Counted from the first letter of the stretch, positions 38,001 through 50,399 are shown. The stretch: 64,000 nt of DNA from Psammoneis japonica (GCA_008632985.1 QPGO01000107.1:248001-312000), one strand, 5' to 3'. Made by a program: numbers and translations. Notes: generated from the sequence alone by a model not told the origin.

Positions 38001-41000
38001 AGAAGATTGAGTTGGTTGTGTTCATTTGGGTCAGATGCATCGCCGCAGTTGTCACTTGATTGAGATCGATGGCGTGATGATGTGAGTCAAGGACCATTGG
38101 TTCCGTTGTCAACTCTGTTCACGGCGTCACATTTTTCAATGTGATCGGTTTTCAGCTTGAAAACATCGGCATCGAAGAGTGCATGAACATTCTTCATAAG
38201 GCAATTGCTTCTTCCCATTAGATTTCTTCATTTGCGTAGTCCAATGTGACTTGCAGGACTGGACATTAAGTTGCGTCCCATGATCATGTCATTTGAACCT
38301 GAAGAAAATTTGGTGTTTTCAACATGTGATGTTTGAATGTCAGCATGCCTTAAATTTTGCACAGTGAGAACTGAATTCGGTGTTTGCTGTCAGTCGTAAA
38401 GAGCTCACCCTTGGTTTCCCAAGTTTTTGGTGGCGGATTCTTGTGTTCTCAACTTTCGCACGAATTTGCGCAAAATTGTGGTTGACGATGTTCCGTCATC
38501 GACAGGAACACGTAGATGCTTTTTTTTTTCTCCTTTCCCAAGGAAGTGTTCATGTGAATGATGACTCCTGGACCAGTGTGAATTATTTCTGCCTTTTTTC
38601 TAGGCTTCCTAACATCCAGCAAAGCACATGATTCGTGAACAGACCAAAATTGTTCTTCGGATTCAGTCTGGATCATCCGATCAAATTGGCATTTTCCTTC
38701 ACTGAGGGCATCAGAATCTGATTCTTTGCCCTTGTGCTCTTTTTCTTTGTTCAAGGAACTCGCTTTGAGCATTTTTTGAACCACCTGATCAATCATGACG
38801 TTCATCTCTTTTTTTGCGAGCGGCATTTTCGTCATCGCGACGCGACCGCGTGCGATTGCCATTTGAACGGCGCATTTTTGGGTCTCTTTCAGAGTCACCC
38901 TTGCACTCTTTTGCTGGTTCATTTTTAGAACAGCTTCAATCCGTGATGCAGGTATTCTTTTTTCAAAGATGAGACCTTGCATTCACTTTGGATTGTTCTG
39001 GTGCCATGTGGGAGACCATTTTTGGAACCAAATTTGGAACCTTTTTTATTTTGGAACCAACTGCGCTGTCAGAGCCTGAGTTGACATGTTTTTTCGTCAC
39101 GGACGTCATGAACGACCTTTAGATGACTCAAAACTTAATCAGCTCATCAAGGATGAGTTGCAACAGTTGATTGTTTTGGACAGTAGACTGATGCTGCCAT
39201 CCTTGCGGTGCGAGTGACAGCTGATAAATCAGCGCTCGGTTTCCCGCTAGATTCGACTTAGAATCCATCTGAGGGTCGCACAGACTCTCATCGTTGACCT
39301 CTTGGGTCTAACAGAGGCTTTCTCGCTGTCAAGCAGCTCTGGTTTCTTCAGGTCGTCTCGAAAATAATTTCCCTGATTCTGAAGTGCATTTCCTCGGAGG
39401 ACATGAGTTGTGAGACGCTTGAGGCACTTTCCAACGATTCCCTCTTGCTCCTTGGACTCGAGGATCATCGATTCGGTCTCAAAAAACTCTCCAATAGTCT
39501 CTCCTTGCATGGTAGACGCATTTCTCGGATCTGATCGACTCGGAACTTGCATTCTCTGCAACCATGACTTGGTGTAGATTTTTTGACAATGCGGTGCACT
39601 TGAGAGCCCTTGATCCTTGGGTGCTTGGAATGGACCGTGTTAAAGCGAATCCTCTTGTCTGGTAGACGAAAAACAGCGTTCCATCTTGAGGCACTGCTCG
39701 GCTTGAGCTTCTTCTGCTCGGAAATCGATTCCAGCAGAACTGATGCGATTCGTTCCTGTTCATAGAAGAATTTGCAAAGGCACATTAGTTAAAATTTTCA
39801 TTTTCCGTGCTTTTTACCTTCTGTGGTGTGTATACACAATGCACCATGCTCGAAGAACGAGTGTAAACGAAAGTAGAATAGTGCACGAAAAGTGGAAATT
39901 ATAAGATTGAATTTTGCTCTGTGATTTTTGGTTTCTCCGAACGAGTTCTCAATGGCCTAAAGCTTCTGCACTGCTTCTACAGACAAAAGGCCTTTCGGAG
40001 AATATATTCGTGACAACAGATTGTCCGGATACGATTGCTATTGACACGTAAGATGTCAACATCGTCAATCGATCGTATTTGCAATTCTCGACATCCGATC
40101 AACTCTGTGTGATCGTTCTGTCCTTTGTACGCATCCACGACTGTGGTGCGATTGACATGTAAATAACATGTGGTCATAAATATGTATATAACAGTCGCAC
40201 ACTGCAGAGCATTCTGACAAAAGGACTTTGCCCCTGGTTCCAAACGTGTCTTCAGAACATGTTCGAGCCAAGCAGCGAAATGCCATTCTTACGTCAGATG
40301 GAAATTCAATGTTGAGACGCGAGAATGGTGCACTCGCAAACGACATCGAGACGTTGCTTCTTGCTCTTGTTCTGCAATGCAATTGTCCAATGATGAATGA
40401 TGGCCCTCTTCAGCAGCGTTGCTGGATTTTGATGGGTGCTGTGGCTGCTGGACGTGGAGGGGAAGTGAGGTGTCAACGATGTGATGAATGGTTCTGGGAT
40501 TTATTTTATGAGAATTTGGAAGCAACGTGGTGTGAGCCGAAGACTGTGGATTTGTGTGGACTCCTCTTCCCACCAAACAAAAAGTCTTGTCTCTTTGATC
40601 TCTGCCATGCTTTCGCGTGTTTCCATTCTTGTGAGAAAGGTCTCTGTCGTCCAGACGGCATGGAGAAGGAGCTCCACAAGTGCACTTTTCCAGACTTGTG
40701 GAGCGTGAGCGACAAGCATGTTGCCGCCAAGTTGACGTCTGTCATTCGAAGCAAGGTCAACCCGGTTCTGCAGAACGATTGTTCTTCCAAGTCCATTCGA
40801 GTTGGCATGGCTACATTCTTGAATTCGCATCGAGGAGTGTCAGTTGAAGAAGCGGACGCTCGAGTTGGATGGGCACCCGGAGCTGCCAATGGCAAGACAT
40901 GCAAACGAATTGCACCGCAGCTTGCTCTTCCAGCAGCAAACGCAATGATGGGCTGGGATGACACCGCCGGCAAAAAATTTGCGCCAAACTTGGAATGCCT

Positions 41001-42387
41001 TGGCAGCCATGTACAAGACGACGTTGAACGTCTCATTGAAAAATTACACATGATCTCTGACTCCCTTGCTCAATTTCTAAAAGGTGGGGAGCTGCGGCCC
41101 TTCTTGCGTTCCTGCACGGCTGCTGTGATTCGGCATCACGCTGAAGTTTCAAAGGAGCTTCGTCAGAACCATCAAATCGTGTGCACCTTGGAGCGTGCTG
41201 CGAAGGAAGCGAAGATTCGTGATGGCGACACCACTGACACGTCACAAGTTCTTCGAATCTGGGGATCGAGAATGGGCGCAAGCTTTCGAGACCGCAATCC
41301 AGACCTGTCGAGCGAGATGAACCTTGCTGCACAACTGAAACAGCAGAATGAACTGTTGACATGTGTGTTGTCGGCATGTGACGCTCAACGCACCGAGATT
41401 GCAGATCAGTCTCAGACCCTTCGTAACATGGAGATGGCTCAGCTTGAGGCCAACCGGTCCAGCAGGAAAAGGCCCATTGAACTCCTGTCATCAGATGAGG
41501 AGGAAGGCAGCACGATGGATTTGGCGGATGGGTCAAAATCCAATCAAGACGACATGATCGATGGTGACGTCATTGTTGATGCAAACGTCGCCTCCACTCC
41601 AAACGGTGCGGCTGCCAACTCTGTGAGAACACCAGATGCTGCTGATGACGCGCCGGCTGCTTCTCGACCTCGCATTGATTCTGACGAGTCAGCGGCTGCG
41701 ACTGAGCCTGTGGCGGCCTCGGCGCCAAAGCCAAAACCTCGCATTGCCGCAACGCCACTCTCAACACAGTTTGCAAGCACTGAGTCTTCAAAGAAGAAGA
41801 AGAAAAAGAAGCTGACACTGCAGGAGAAAGTGGATGGCTTGGTGAGTGGTGCAGGTGCAGGAGTGTCTTTGCATGTGTTGCTCACTTGGTTCAAGCAGCA
41901 TGGACACCTTTCATTGCCGTCCAAGGAGCGGCTTTTGCAGCTGCGGTTCCCGAACAAGGAGGCAGAGCCTCAGAAATTTAAAGCCGCTGTGAAGCTTCTG
42001 GAACACATTGTGACTGATGACCAGAGGCACACGATCCAACTTCATGACGACAAGTCCTTGGCTTTTCACAATGTTTGTCATGCCATGCAAAATGCATGCC
42101 TGGACACGACGAGGAAGATGGAAGTAGACGCCGGCATGAAAAAGCCACTGGAGAACAAGAAGAAGGAACGAACTCAGCCTCACTTTGTAGGTCTTGGTCT
42201 TCGAGTTATAACGTGCAAGAAAAAGCAGAACACATCATCCATCGGCAAGAAGCAAACGAGCGCCTTGGCAGGATTTGTGAAGAAGGTTGCATCCAAAGCC
42301 ACCGGCACCAGTCCCAAAAAACCCGTGAACCCATGTGCAAAGAAGCAGGCCAAAGTAAAACATGTGTCAAGTCATTGTGTGTCATAG
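35072..42387 (+). pseudogene. Tyrosine recombinase (Crypton-like), 860 aa when Gypsy-2 is removed
   Basis: ...LLSME|HSDKRTLPLVPN rejoins in frame (35072-35477 + 40211-42387). GRGGE, SSKSIRVGMAT, ARVGW..KTCKR (expected nucleophile Tyr reads Cys, TGC 40900-02). Confidence 0.8.
35478..40206 (-). mobile_element. Ty3/Gypsy LTR retrotransposon (Gypsy-2), internally degenerate
   Basis: 367-bp LTRs 35478-35844 and 39840-40206, 4-bp TSD GAGC, PPT-like AATCAGGGAGGCGAA next to the 3' LTR, and an interior collinear with Gypsy-1 (KELLSTV..HTDHK..GKANIV.DAISR). Confidence 0.95.
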
Positions 42388-42763
42388 TCCGAATAGAAGC
42401 TCACACTGCAGAAATGTCTGTTTCAAATTTAGCACCGTGCAACTGCTGTGCGTCCGGTCGATTCAGACGAAGCAAGTGTGCTTTTCTCTCTGACGACTCC
42501 AAAAATGTGCCAATCATCATGATGTAAGTAGACCAAGGTAAAATGCATGCACAGTGAAAGAAACTGTGCATTTCAAATTTGGTTTAGTGCAACGACCAGT
42601 CGATTCGGATGAACAAGTTGAAAGTGCTTTTTTTTGCTGACAACTCTAGAACTTGTCTTCATCACGACACAAGCAGGCCAAAGTAAAATGCAACTGGGTA
42701 AAGTAAAATGCACATCAAGTGATTGGGCGCTGCAGTGTGTTTGTAGAACCATCTGTTTCTGTT

Positions 42764-43507
42764 TCAAATTTCACTCAATGCAACGACTGTACATCCGGCA
42801 GATTCGGACGAAGCAAGCACCTTTTTCGCCAACAACTCTGACACTTGCCAATCATCTTGATGCAACATTGTGTTCAAGCTGTCCAAAACAAACTTGCAGA
42901 GATTGTCAACATCTCCTGCATCCTTGAGACTCTTCCCAGGAAAAGCAAATTCAATCCGAGCCTTCAACAAGACACCGTCACGGAACTTTGGTGCTGAATC
43001 TAGTCTGGATCGGCAGAGAGCTGATGCCACACTTGCAAACTCTTTCTCATCAGCTTGGTTTGGATTGCAAACATTTCCATTCCACCCACGCTTTGGTCTT
43101 GACTTTGGCATTGGCTTTCCGACAACGTCAAATTCAATCGAAGATCCGGTGCATGAAAATGGGGGGGTGTCCGACACGGAGAATTTGGGCGATCGGATCT
43201 TTCGAGGATGCCCTCGTTTCTTCTTCCTTGATGGTTCACCTTTGCCAGCACTGCCAAATCTTGATGACGCTGGCAGGTTTGGAGCAATGGCCACGCTCTC
43301 GAAGTCTTTTCCATCTTCGTCGTCACTTGCGCTGTCTGCAACTGTTGCGTCGTCGGCAGTTCCTCCCTCAAAACTTCGCTTCTTAACCATTCTGCCATCC
43401 ATTGCACTGTTGGCATTCAGGAAACATCTCCACAGCATCCTCCACAGTGCAGCAGGAGAAAAGGCCTTTCGCGTGAGGATTCGCGTGCGACGGTGACATG
43501 TTTCCAT
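42764..43507 (-). CDS. rusA: RusA-family Holliday junction resolvase with an AT-hook-like motif
   Basis: FDVVGKPMPKSRP..IEFAFP..GDVDNLCKFVLDSLN..DDWQVSELLAKK matches RusA DxDNxxK..DD.QV; KKRGHPRK lies upstream. Open but mutated. Confidence 0.85.
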   Translation of the reverse strand: METCHRRTRILTRKAFSPAALWRMLWRCFLNANSAMDGRMVKKRSFEGGTADDATVADSASDDEDGKDFESVAIAPNLPASSRFGSAGKGEPSRKKKRGHPRKIRSPKFSVSDTPPFSCTGSSIEFDVVGKPMPKSRPKRGWNGNVCNPNQADEKEFASVASALCRSRLDSAPKFRDGVLLKARIEFAFPGKSLKDAGDVDNLCKFVLDSLNTMLHQDDWQVSELLAKKVLASSESAGCTVVALSEI

Positions 43508-46500
43508 CGCTCATCGCGTGAGCTTTCGTGTTTCGATTGATTTTTGATTTTTTTCAAATTTCAAGACGACTCAACGCACGACTTGACGCATGACTTAACG
43601 CACTCTCACGATTCACAGCCAAGATTCAATGGACGAACTTTTTTTCCTCCGCGCGCCCCCTCCATTTCCCAACTTTCAGCCGAAAGTTGGAGCGCTTCGC
43701 GCTCCAAAAGGGGGCAACTTTCGCCGAAAGTTCGCGCTGCGTGCGAAAGTTCAATTTTTCTGGACACATGCCGCAAGCGCATCGTCTCATTGCTGTCATC
43801 GGCATGAACTGCTCCCAAGGCTGTCCAGCACTGTAGAATGAATCTTTCACAGCATTGGGACGTTTCGAGCACACCACAACAAAGCCTGTAGTTGCATGAC
43901 TGCCACACAGCTCCTCATTCCATCATTCACAATCGGGTGTGTTGATCCTTTTCTCTCGGCTCGATCGCGACAGCCACACATCGAACCACGACCTGTGAAC
44001 TGTCACGCCAGGTCATTGAGCTGGCAGTCGCCCACCAGCAGTTGCCGTAGGAGGCCGAAAAGAGAAAGGAGGATGCAAGAAGTGAGAACATCTGTGACAC
44101 AGGATTCAAGAGAGGCAACAAAATTGGAAACATCAACGCAAAAAATGGAAATGTTCTCACCGGCAATTGATGCCAAGGAAGAGACACGACAGCACCACTG
44201 AGCACCGAGAGGTGCGCCAAAGAATGCCACTGAATCCCCACCAAGCCCATTAATCAGCCTGTGTTTTTGATCCACGCTACGTCTTAAAGTGGGAGATCTT
44301 GCTGGAGGCGAAAACAAAAACTGCAATTGTTGAGTTACAGAAGCAAATTATGAGCAAAATCACAACACCAACTCACCCAATTAACCTTTGCACACATTCT
44401 TTTGTGTCTCCTGTGTGCATGTGCTTGTTGCTGCAACGGCATTTGTCTCATGCCATTGCCAGAGGCATTCATGCCATCGCGAACTGATGAAATCCTGCGC
44501 GAAGCACAAGCCCCATTGAGTGAGTTTGAATGCCAACAATTAACAACATTGTCACATGATCTTACCTCCATGACTCAGTGTCACTAAATGAGCACAGCCA
44601 ATGTGCTCAAATCCACCCAAGTGGCAAGAAATCGACACAACCGTCCAAAAATCTCCAAAATTGTCATAAAACAGCGACGCCCAACCGAAATGAGACCCCA
44701 GACTGTCTTTGCCTCGAATCTCAGAGCTGTGGTCAAACCACGCCTCACATGGACACCAATGAACAACACCAAGGCATTGTGTGGACTGAGAACCTGCGTG
44801 ATGACGAGGAAGAGCCCAGTCCGTGAGTGAGCACATTTCTGGCAAAAAACATGAAGCCATTTGTTACGAACGACAGAAACAATGGTTGTGCCACAAGAAA
44901 GACAATGCCATTGCAAGGCAACAACGAAAATGTGCGTGAGTTTCCATGTCATAACTTGCAGGGCGCAACGGAGCGGAACATGCGACGACAATCAACGACA
45001 CATGTCAGCACCTGCCGAAAAAGTGACGATTTTGCACTTGGTCAGTCTCGGGGATAAATCAATCAAACATCCACCAATTTTCTCCGTTCCAACACCATGG
45101 CACGCTTCAACAGCGAGCATCCGAACAACCACTGAACGGTGCAAGGCATGGCGGTCGATGTGCCGATGAAATCGATCATCGTCGGAACGGCCCATTTTCT
45201 GGTGTGTTTTGTGTGGAAAGCTCTGTAGAGCATTTCGCCAAATCCAGGGAGGCATGGCAACAAATTTTGAGCCACCGTCCGTCTCACTTCCGTGAGAGTC
45301 TATGAGGAGACCTTCGGGTGCGTGCGAGCGCGCGCGTGAAGAACGGTCGACGCATGGACTCACGATGGAGAGTGGCGCAGCCAGGGCAGTGTACGCTGCT
45401 TCATGAGCGTCTCAACCAAATGTCTGTGGGTCAAAATGTGCTGAGCTGAGCCATTCTTCTGAAGTTGCTGACAAAGAGAAATGACATGACAGTTTTGTGC
45501 AAAGAAATGTGTGGCCGAACACAAGAAAAACAACGATGAAAATGACAGCTGCATCACATGAGTCGAGCAGAGAAAAATGCCGGGACAAAACATTTTCTTG
45601 CCCAGCCTGTGCGGAAAAAATTGGCAAGATCTGTTTGGTCATGTGAACAGATTGCTGCTGATGCAGTGGCAGTTCTCATCATTTTTTTTGTTGTGGCATC
45701 ATTTGTCAGATGAGAAGACACACAACAAGGCAGCGAGCTGTCATGGAAAAGCAAAATGCCAAGATGCCAGCGGTGGCTCCCACTGAAAATCATGCAAGCA
45801 ATGAGGAGATGAGTGCCAATGAAGGCAGAGGAGCAGAGATTGCAGCCACTCCCAAGTCACTGGTTGTTGGATGCAGGACAAGCCATCAACTTTGTGGCCA
45901 GTTTGTTGGATGATCAAAAAAGGAGATTTGGAATGTCAAATTTGTTTGGGGCACCCAGAGACACAACCACGTGTCAAGCTGAGGGACAAGATGATGTCAA
46001 TTCAGGCAAAGGGAAGGATCTGACAAAAAAGATTTGAAAAGTGATTGAAGGCAGGAAAGAAGAAGAAGAAGAAGAAGAGCGCAAAGACAGTTGAATCCAA
46101 CAAGAGACCTTTTCAGTCAGAAGAGGCTCAGGAAAAACATGTGAAGTTGAGTGAATGTTTTGGTGAGTTGGCCACAACTCCAGATGTCAAGCAAGAGTTG
46201 TTGGTGTTTTTGTCAAATTTCCTGGATGATGTGGTTGTCAAAGATCATGTGTTGACACCAACAAACAGAGACAGCATTGTCGTGGGTTTTGTTGTCAACA
46301 AACTCAAATTGAAAGTTAGAGAAGAGCACAAACAGAATCTGGGTTGGGCAGAAGACACAAAGATGAAGAGTGTGAAGAAAAAGTCATCCCAAGTGGTGCC
46401 ATGCAAGAACCGCACTGGATGTTCATGCTCAAGAAAGAGGAAAGTTTTTCCCATTGGGGTGAGATGGTGGCAAGTTGGTTGAAAGAAAGCAAAGCAGTTT

Positions 46501-46899
46501 CAGAAGACATCCAGCTCCAAATGTGCTGTCATTTGTGCAAAGTGCACAAGTTGACAGCTTGTTTGAATCCTGAGAAGGATGAGATTGCTGCATCACTTCA
46601 TCAAGATGCAGCATCAGCTGGAAGTTTGGTGGGACCAAGGTGTGGTTGTTTGATGAGAAAGGATCAGACCATTGCTGAGTTGATTCTGTCAGCACATTTT
46701 TAGCTGGCACAACACAAATCTCACGTCAAAATGCAGCAAAGCAGCACAACACAACCACAGAAAAAGTGTTGGCGGGAAGTTGAGCAGGATTAAAATGTGA
46801 CCATCACATGAGAAAGGACCAGTGTTGAGTTGACTGTGTTGAAATTTTGTTGGCTGGTGTGACATCAATGCAACATCAAAACACAAAGTGGCACATCAC

Positions 46900-49000
46900 A
46901 GCTGCCAAAAATTGCTGAAACTTGTCCAGCATTGTTTCACAGTTGACATGTGCACATTGAACACAGAATGCAAGAAAACCAAATTGAGTGTTTGTCATCA
47001 AAAGAAAATCAATTGTGGGAATTGTGTGTTTCCCAACATTGTGCCTGGGTTGAGGAGTTCACATTGAAGGATGTCATTTTCATCTTTGTTTGCCTTTCAC
47101 ATGACATGAGTCAAGAGACTTGTGTTGTTTGACATCTGACTGTTGCAACTGCAAGGGTGAAATGGTGCCTCTTCTTGAGATTTGTGAGGTTGTCAATGAC
47201 AATGTCAAGCATGCACTGAAGGACAAAGGACTTTGCAAGTCTCATGAAACTGTCTGACTGACATGCAAGAAGGCTGGTGCATCATCTTTGATGTGCTTGC
47301 CATGGCTTTGACAAGTCTGGTCAAGTCTAAAGAGGTTTCTGTTGAACAAGAGGTTTGGCCAGCAAGCAGATGATTCCTGCAAGAGTTGTGACACCTGATT
47401 GCTCCAAAAGTGATCCAAACCTTGTCATCAAACCAGAAAGCAGGAAAATGAAACCAGCCCAAGGAACAGCATTCACAAGGCAAGTTTCTGCTGTCTGCAA
47501 CTGGACCCAACTGGAAGAAATGTCCTTTGAAGACAAGAGACAATCCACTGTGAGGGATCATCAAATTTTGTTTCAATGCATGCAAGACATTTCTTGCAGA
47601 CTGCATGATTTTGACATTCACAAATGACATTTCATCTGGAACAAACATTTTGACCATTGGAGTTTTCAATTGAACATGCAATGTTTGATCTTTTAACTTG
47701 GGTCTTGTGTGAGAAGAGGCTGCATTTGTCCATGAACAGCATCTGAGGAGAAAATCTGCACTGCACTGTGAGTTGATTAAACCAAAACAGCTGTTGACTG
47801 ACAATCAGATGTGTGCCAGTTGCAAATGTTGAGTCGCATGATTGCAGTTGCCTTTTGGTGCTTGTCATCACCACACCTGACAACTGCAAGACAACTCACA
47901 CAACAGTGCACATGTGTGTGTTTGGACTTAAATTGTTGTGCTTGCAGGTTGTCATTTAGATTCTGAGTTGCAGTGTGCAAATGTTCATTCTCAACCATTG
48001 CAACTGCAGATGAAATTGTTGCTGTTTTCTTTGCTCTTTCACTGTTAAAATTGGGGGCTGTTGAAAAAACAATTGCGACACTCATGAAACAAAGATGAGT
48101 GGGAAGGAATCAAAGTTGAGCAAAAAAGAAACAGGAAGTTCATCTTCCAAGAAATGCAAAATTGCTCCTTCTCCGCCAATGTTTCTTTGGGCAAAGAAAA
48201 ACAAAACTCAAGAGGCCATCAAGGACACAAGAGATGTGGCTGTTTGCATGTCTTGGAACCCCCTGTTGCATCAATGAACTCAATTGGTGTGCCCAACCTG
48301 GAGAGACACACTCCCTGAATCAGTTTGTTCTGGACAAAGACATTGTCAAGATTGTGAGAGAGCTCGTGGAACAGAGTCACTGAGGATTGGGTGAAGGAAA
48401 ACTCAAACCAAGCTGCCATGTTCTTCCACCCCAGCACACACTTGTGCCCTGCTGAGATTCTTGACTGTGGATGTGTGGGCCCAGCAGTTCATTTGGGAGA
48501 TGACCAAGATGAACAAATGACAGCTCCTTCTGACAATCCCCAAAAACTTTGAAAAAGCTTGATGAGAACAAGCCAAACAAGTTTCTTTAGTTTCTCCATG
48601 TGCACACAAATGAAGTCAATGAATGTCAAGCCTGTGAAAACCACTCATCAAACGATGTGAGTGTCAATGTCAAATGGCAATGTTGTTGGCATTTCCACCT
48701 CATGTGTTGTGGTTCAGCACAATGCTGGAAGTGTGTTTCTCTTGTGATTGAACCAATTCTTAAAGCACAATGTCTCTGCTCTGCTTCCAACATGACAGTG
48801 TCCAAGCATGCTGTCTTTTCAGATTTGCTCCTTTTTTCGGAACAACTCCATCCAAACAAAAAGGGAGCTCCAAAATGGAGTCACAGCCACTCTCCTCATC
48901 TAAGTCTTGAATGTGACCAAACTTCAAATCACTGTCAGTTTTAGAAGCCCCAGCACCAGGAAGCAATTTGTCTTTTTTTCTGCCAAGTTGATTGCTTTCT
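46900..49000 (-). pseudogene. PIF1-like helicase relic (probable Helitron)
   Basis: LLPGAGASKT (motif I-like, ~48950), TISSAVAMVENEHLHTA, FVPDEMSFV, PHSGLSLVFKGHFFQLGPV. Confidence 0.7.
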
Positions 49001-50399
49001 CCAGTTTTGACCCTTCTTTGATGATGCTGCAGTTGAGAACAGATGGCCGCTAAATTGAGTGATTTCATTTCTGTGCCAACATGGGGGACGTCTTCGGAAG
49101 TGAGACTGTCGAAGAAAGTTGCGTAGAATTTGCACTAAAACAGTCTGTTGGTCAGTGCAATTGGGTGTTTGGGACCTCTGGACAGATCCCACGTGTTTTC
49201 TTTTGCATGCAAACTGCACTGGGAAAACCCCCAAATGCACTGGGGATCAGACCGCCTTCAATGATCTCACTTCCAAAGATGCCCCCCAAACAATGGACAT
49301 GCAAGGAGCAGCTGAATCCGATTTGATGTAAATGTCAGACTCGTTGGTTTCACGATCATTGCCAATCTTTGTGTCAGTCATTGCCACACCTGCACCATGC
49401 TGCAATGTGAGAACAACACTTTGAGTGACAAGAAACAGGAAAGTCATGAATGGTTGCATCAGATGTTCTCAACACAAGAACAATGCATGCACCTGTTCTC
49501 AATTGATTGTCTTGATTCAAGAAGACTGCACAAACTTACAGCATGATGAGAGCTTTTAAAGAAACCACAACAAGGTGCACATTGTTTGACTTTTGTGTAA
49601 AAATGAACACAAGAATCCACACTTTGAAGGGCACAATGTGAAATGTGTGTGATTTGACTTTTGGATCAAACTGAGTGCAGGAAAGATTGTGATTGTCCGT
49701 CTTCACATTGACGCATCATGTGCATTTGTCAGCAAGACATCCTCTGAAACAGCATGCTGGTGATCACTTGCATGTTTGTCATGTCAAAACATTGTAAAAA
49801 CAAGACATGTTGCTGCAATGTGCAACCTCAGTGAAGAAATTCTCTTCAAACAACACAGTCACATCCTCACAATGCTGCAAAAAACCAGATGCATTTCTGC
49901 ACTGTTCAGTTGTGAGCACAATGGACAATGGTTGGTTGAAAACCACAGATGAGGTGCCATGTTTTGTGGTGCCAATGCACCACACACTCTAAATCACATG
50001 TCTGACACAACATCAAAGCACACACAATCTGTGTGGACAGAATTTGCAACCATGAAAATGAAGCGCAATGCTGAGGAGATCACCCTGTCAAGCAAACTGG
50101 AAACATGATGGAAGAAAAAAAAAAAGACAACGCAGCTCATGAAACAAAGCCATGTGCCATTCTGTGTCAAAGAGCAAATGGGGCACAAAGTGTGCATGGA
50201 AAACATTCCATTGTAGAAAGAGTTTATGAACACAAAAGGAGCACTGCTTGAAAATGAAGGAAAGCACCAATTGCAGTCAAATGAGTTCATGTGGTTCTGG
50301 AGGACGTGTTGCCAAAAACACAAGTTTGGCTGCAAAAAGAGAAAGTGAGACACATTGTGTCTGTTGTCCTTGTGAAGCATTGTTTGCAACTTGGCTGAT

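Larger units (their letters stand above)
34787..43764 (+). mobile_element. Crypton-like tyrosine-recombinase element carrying RusA (~4.2 kb without Gypsy-2)
   Basis: Direct repeat TTTTTCCGGA (34787-96) / TTTTTCTGGA (43755-64), AACTTTC/GAAAGTT motif clusters just inside both ends, and convergent YR and RusA genes. Confidence 0.65.
34648..45374. mobile_element. Non-autonomous Mutator(MULE)-like TIR element hosting nested insertions
   Basis: 99-bp TIRs (34648-34746 / 45276-45374, CACTCTCCATCGTGAG...) and a perfect 9-bp TSD GCGCAGCCA (34639-47 / 45375-83). Confidence 0.9.

Noticed and set aside
45400..46800. Plus-strand Lys-rich ORF fragments
   Set aside because: Probably a TE relic, but too degenerate to assign.
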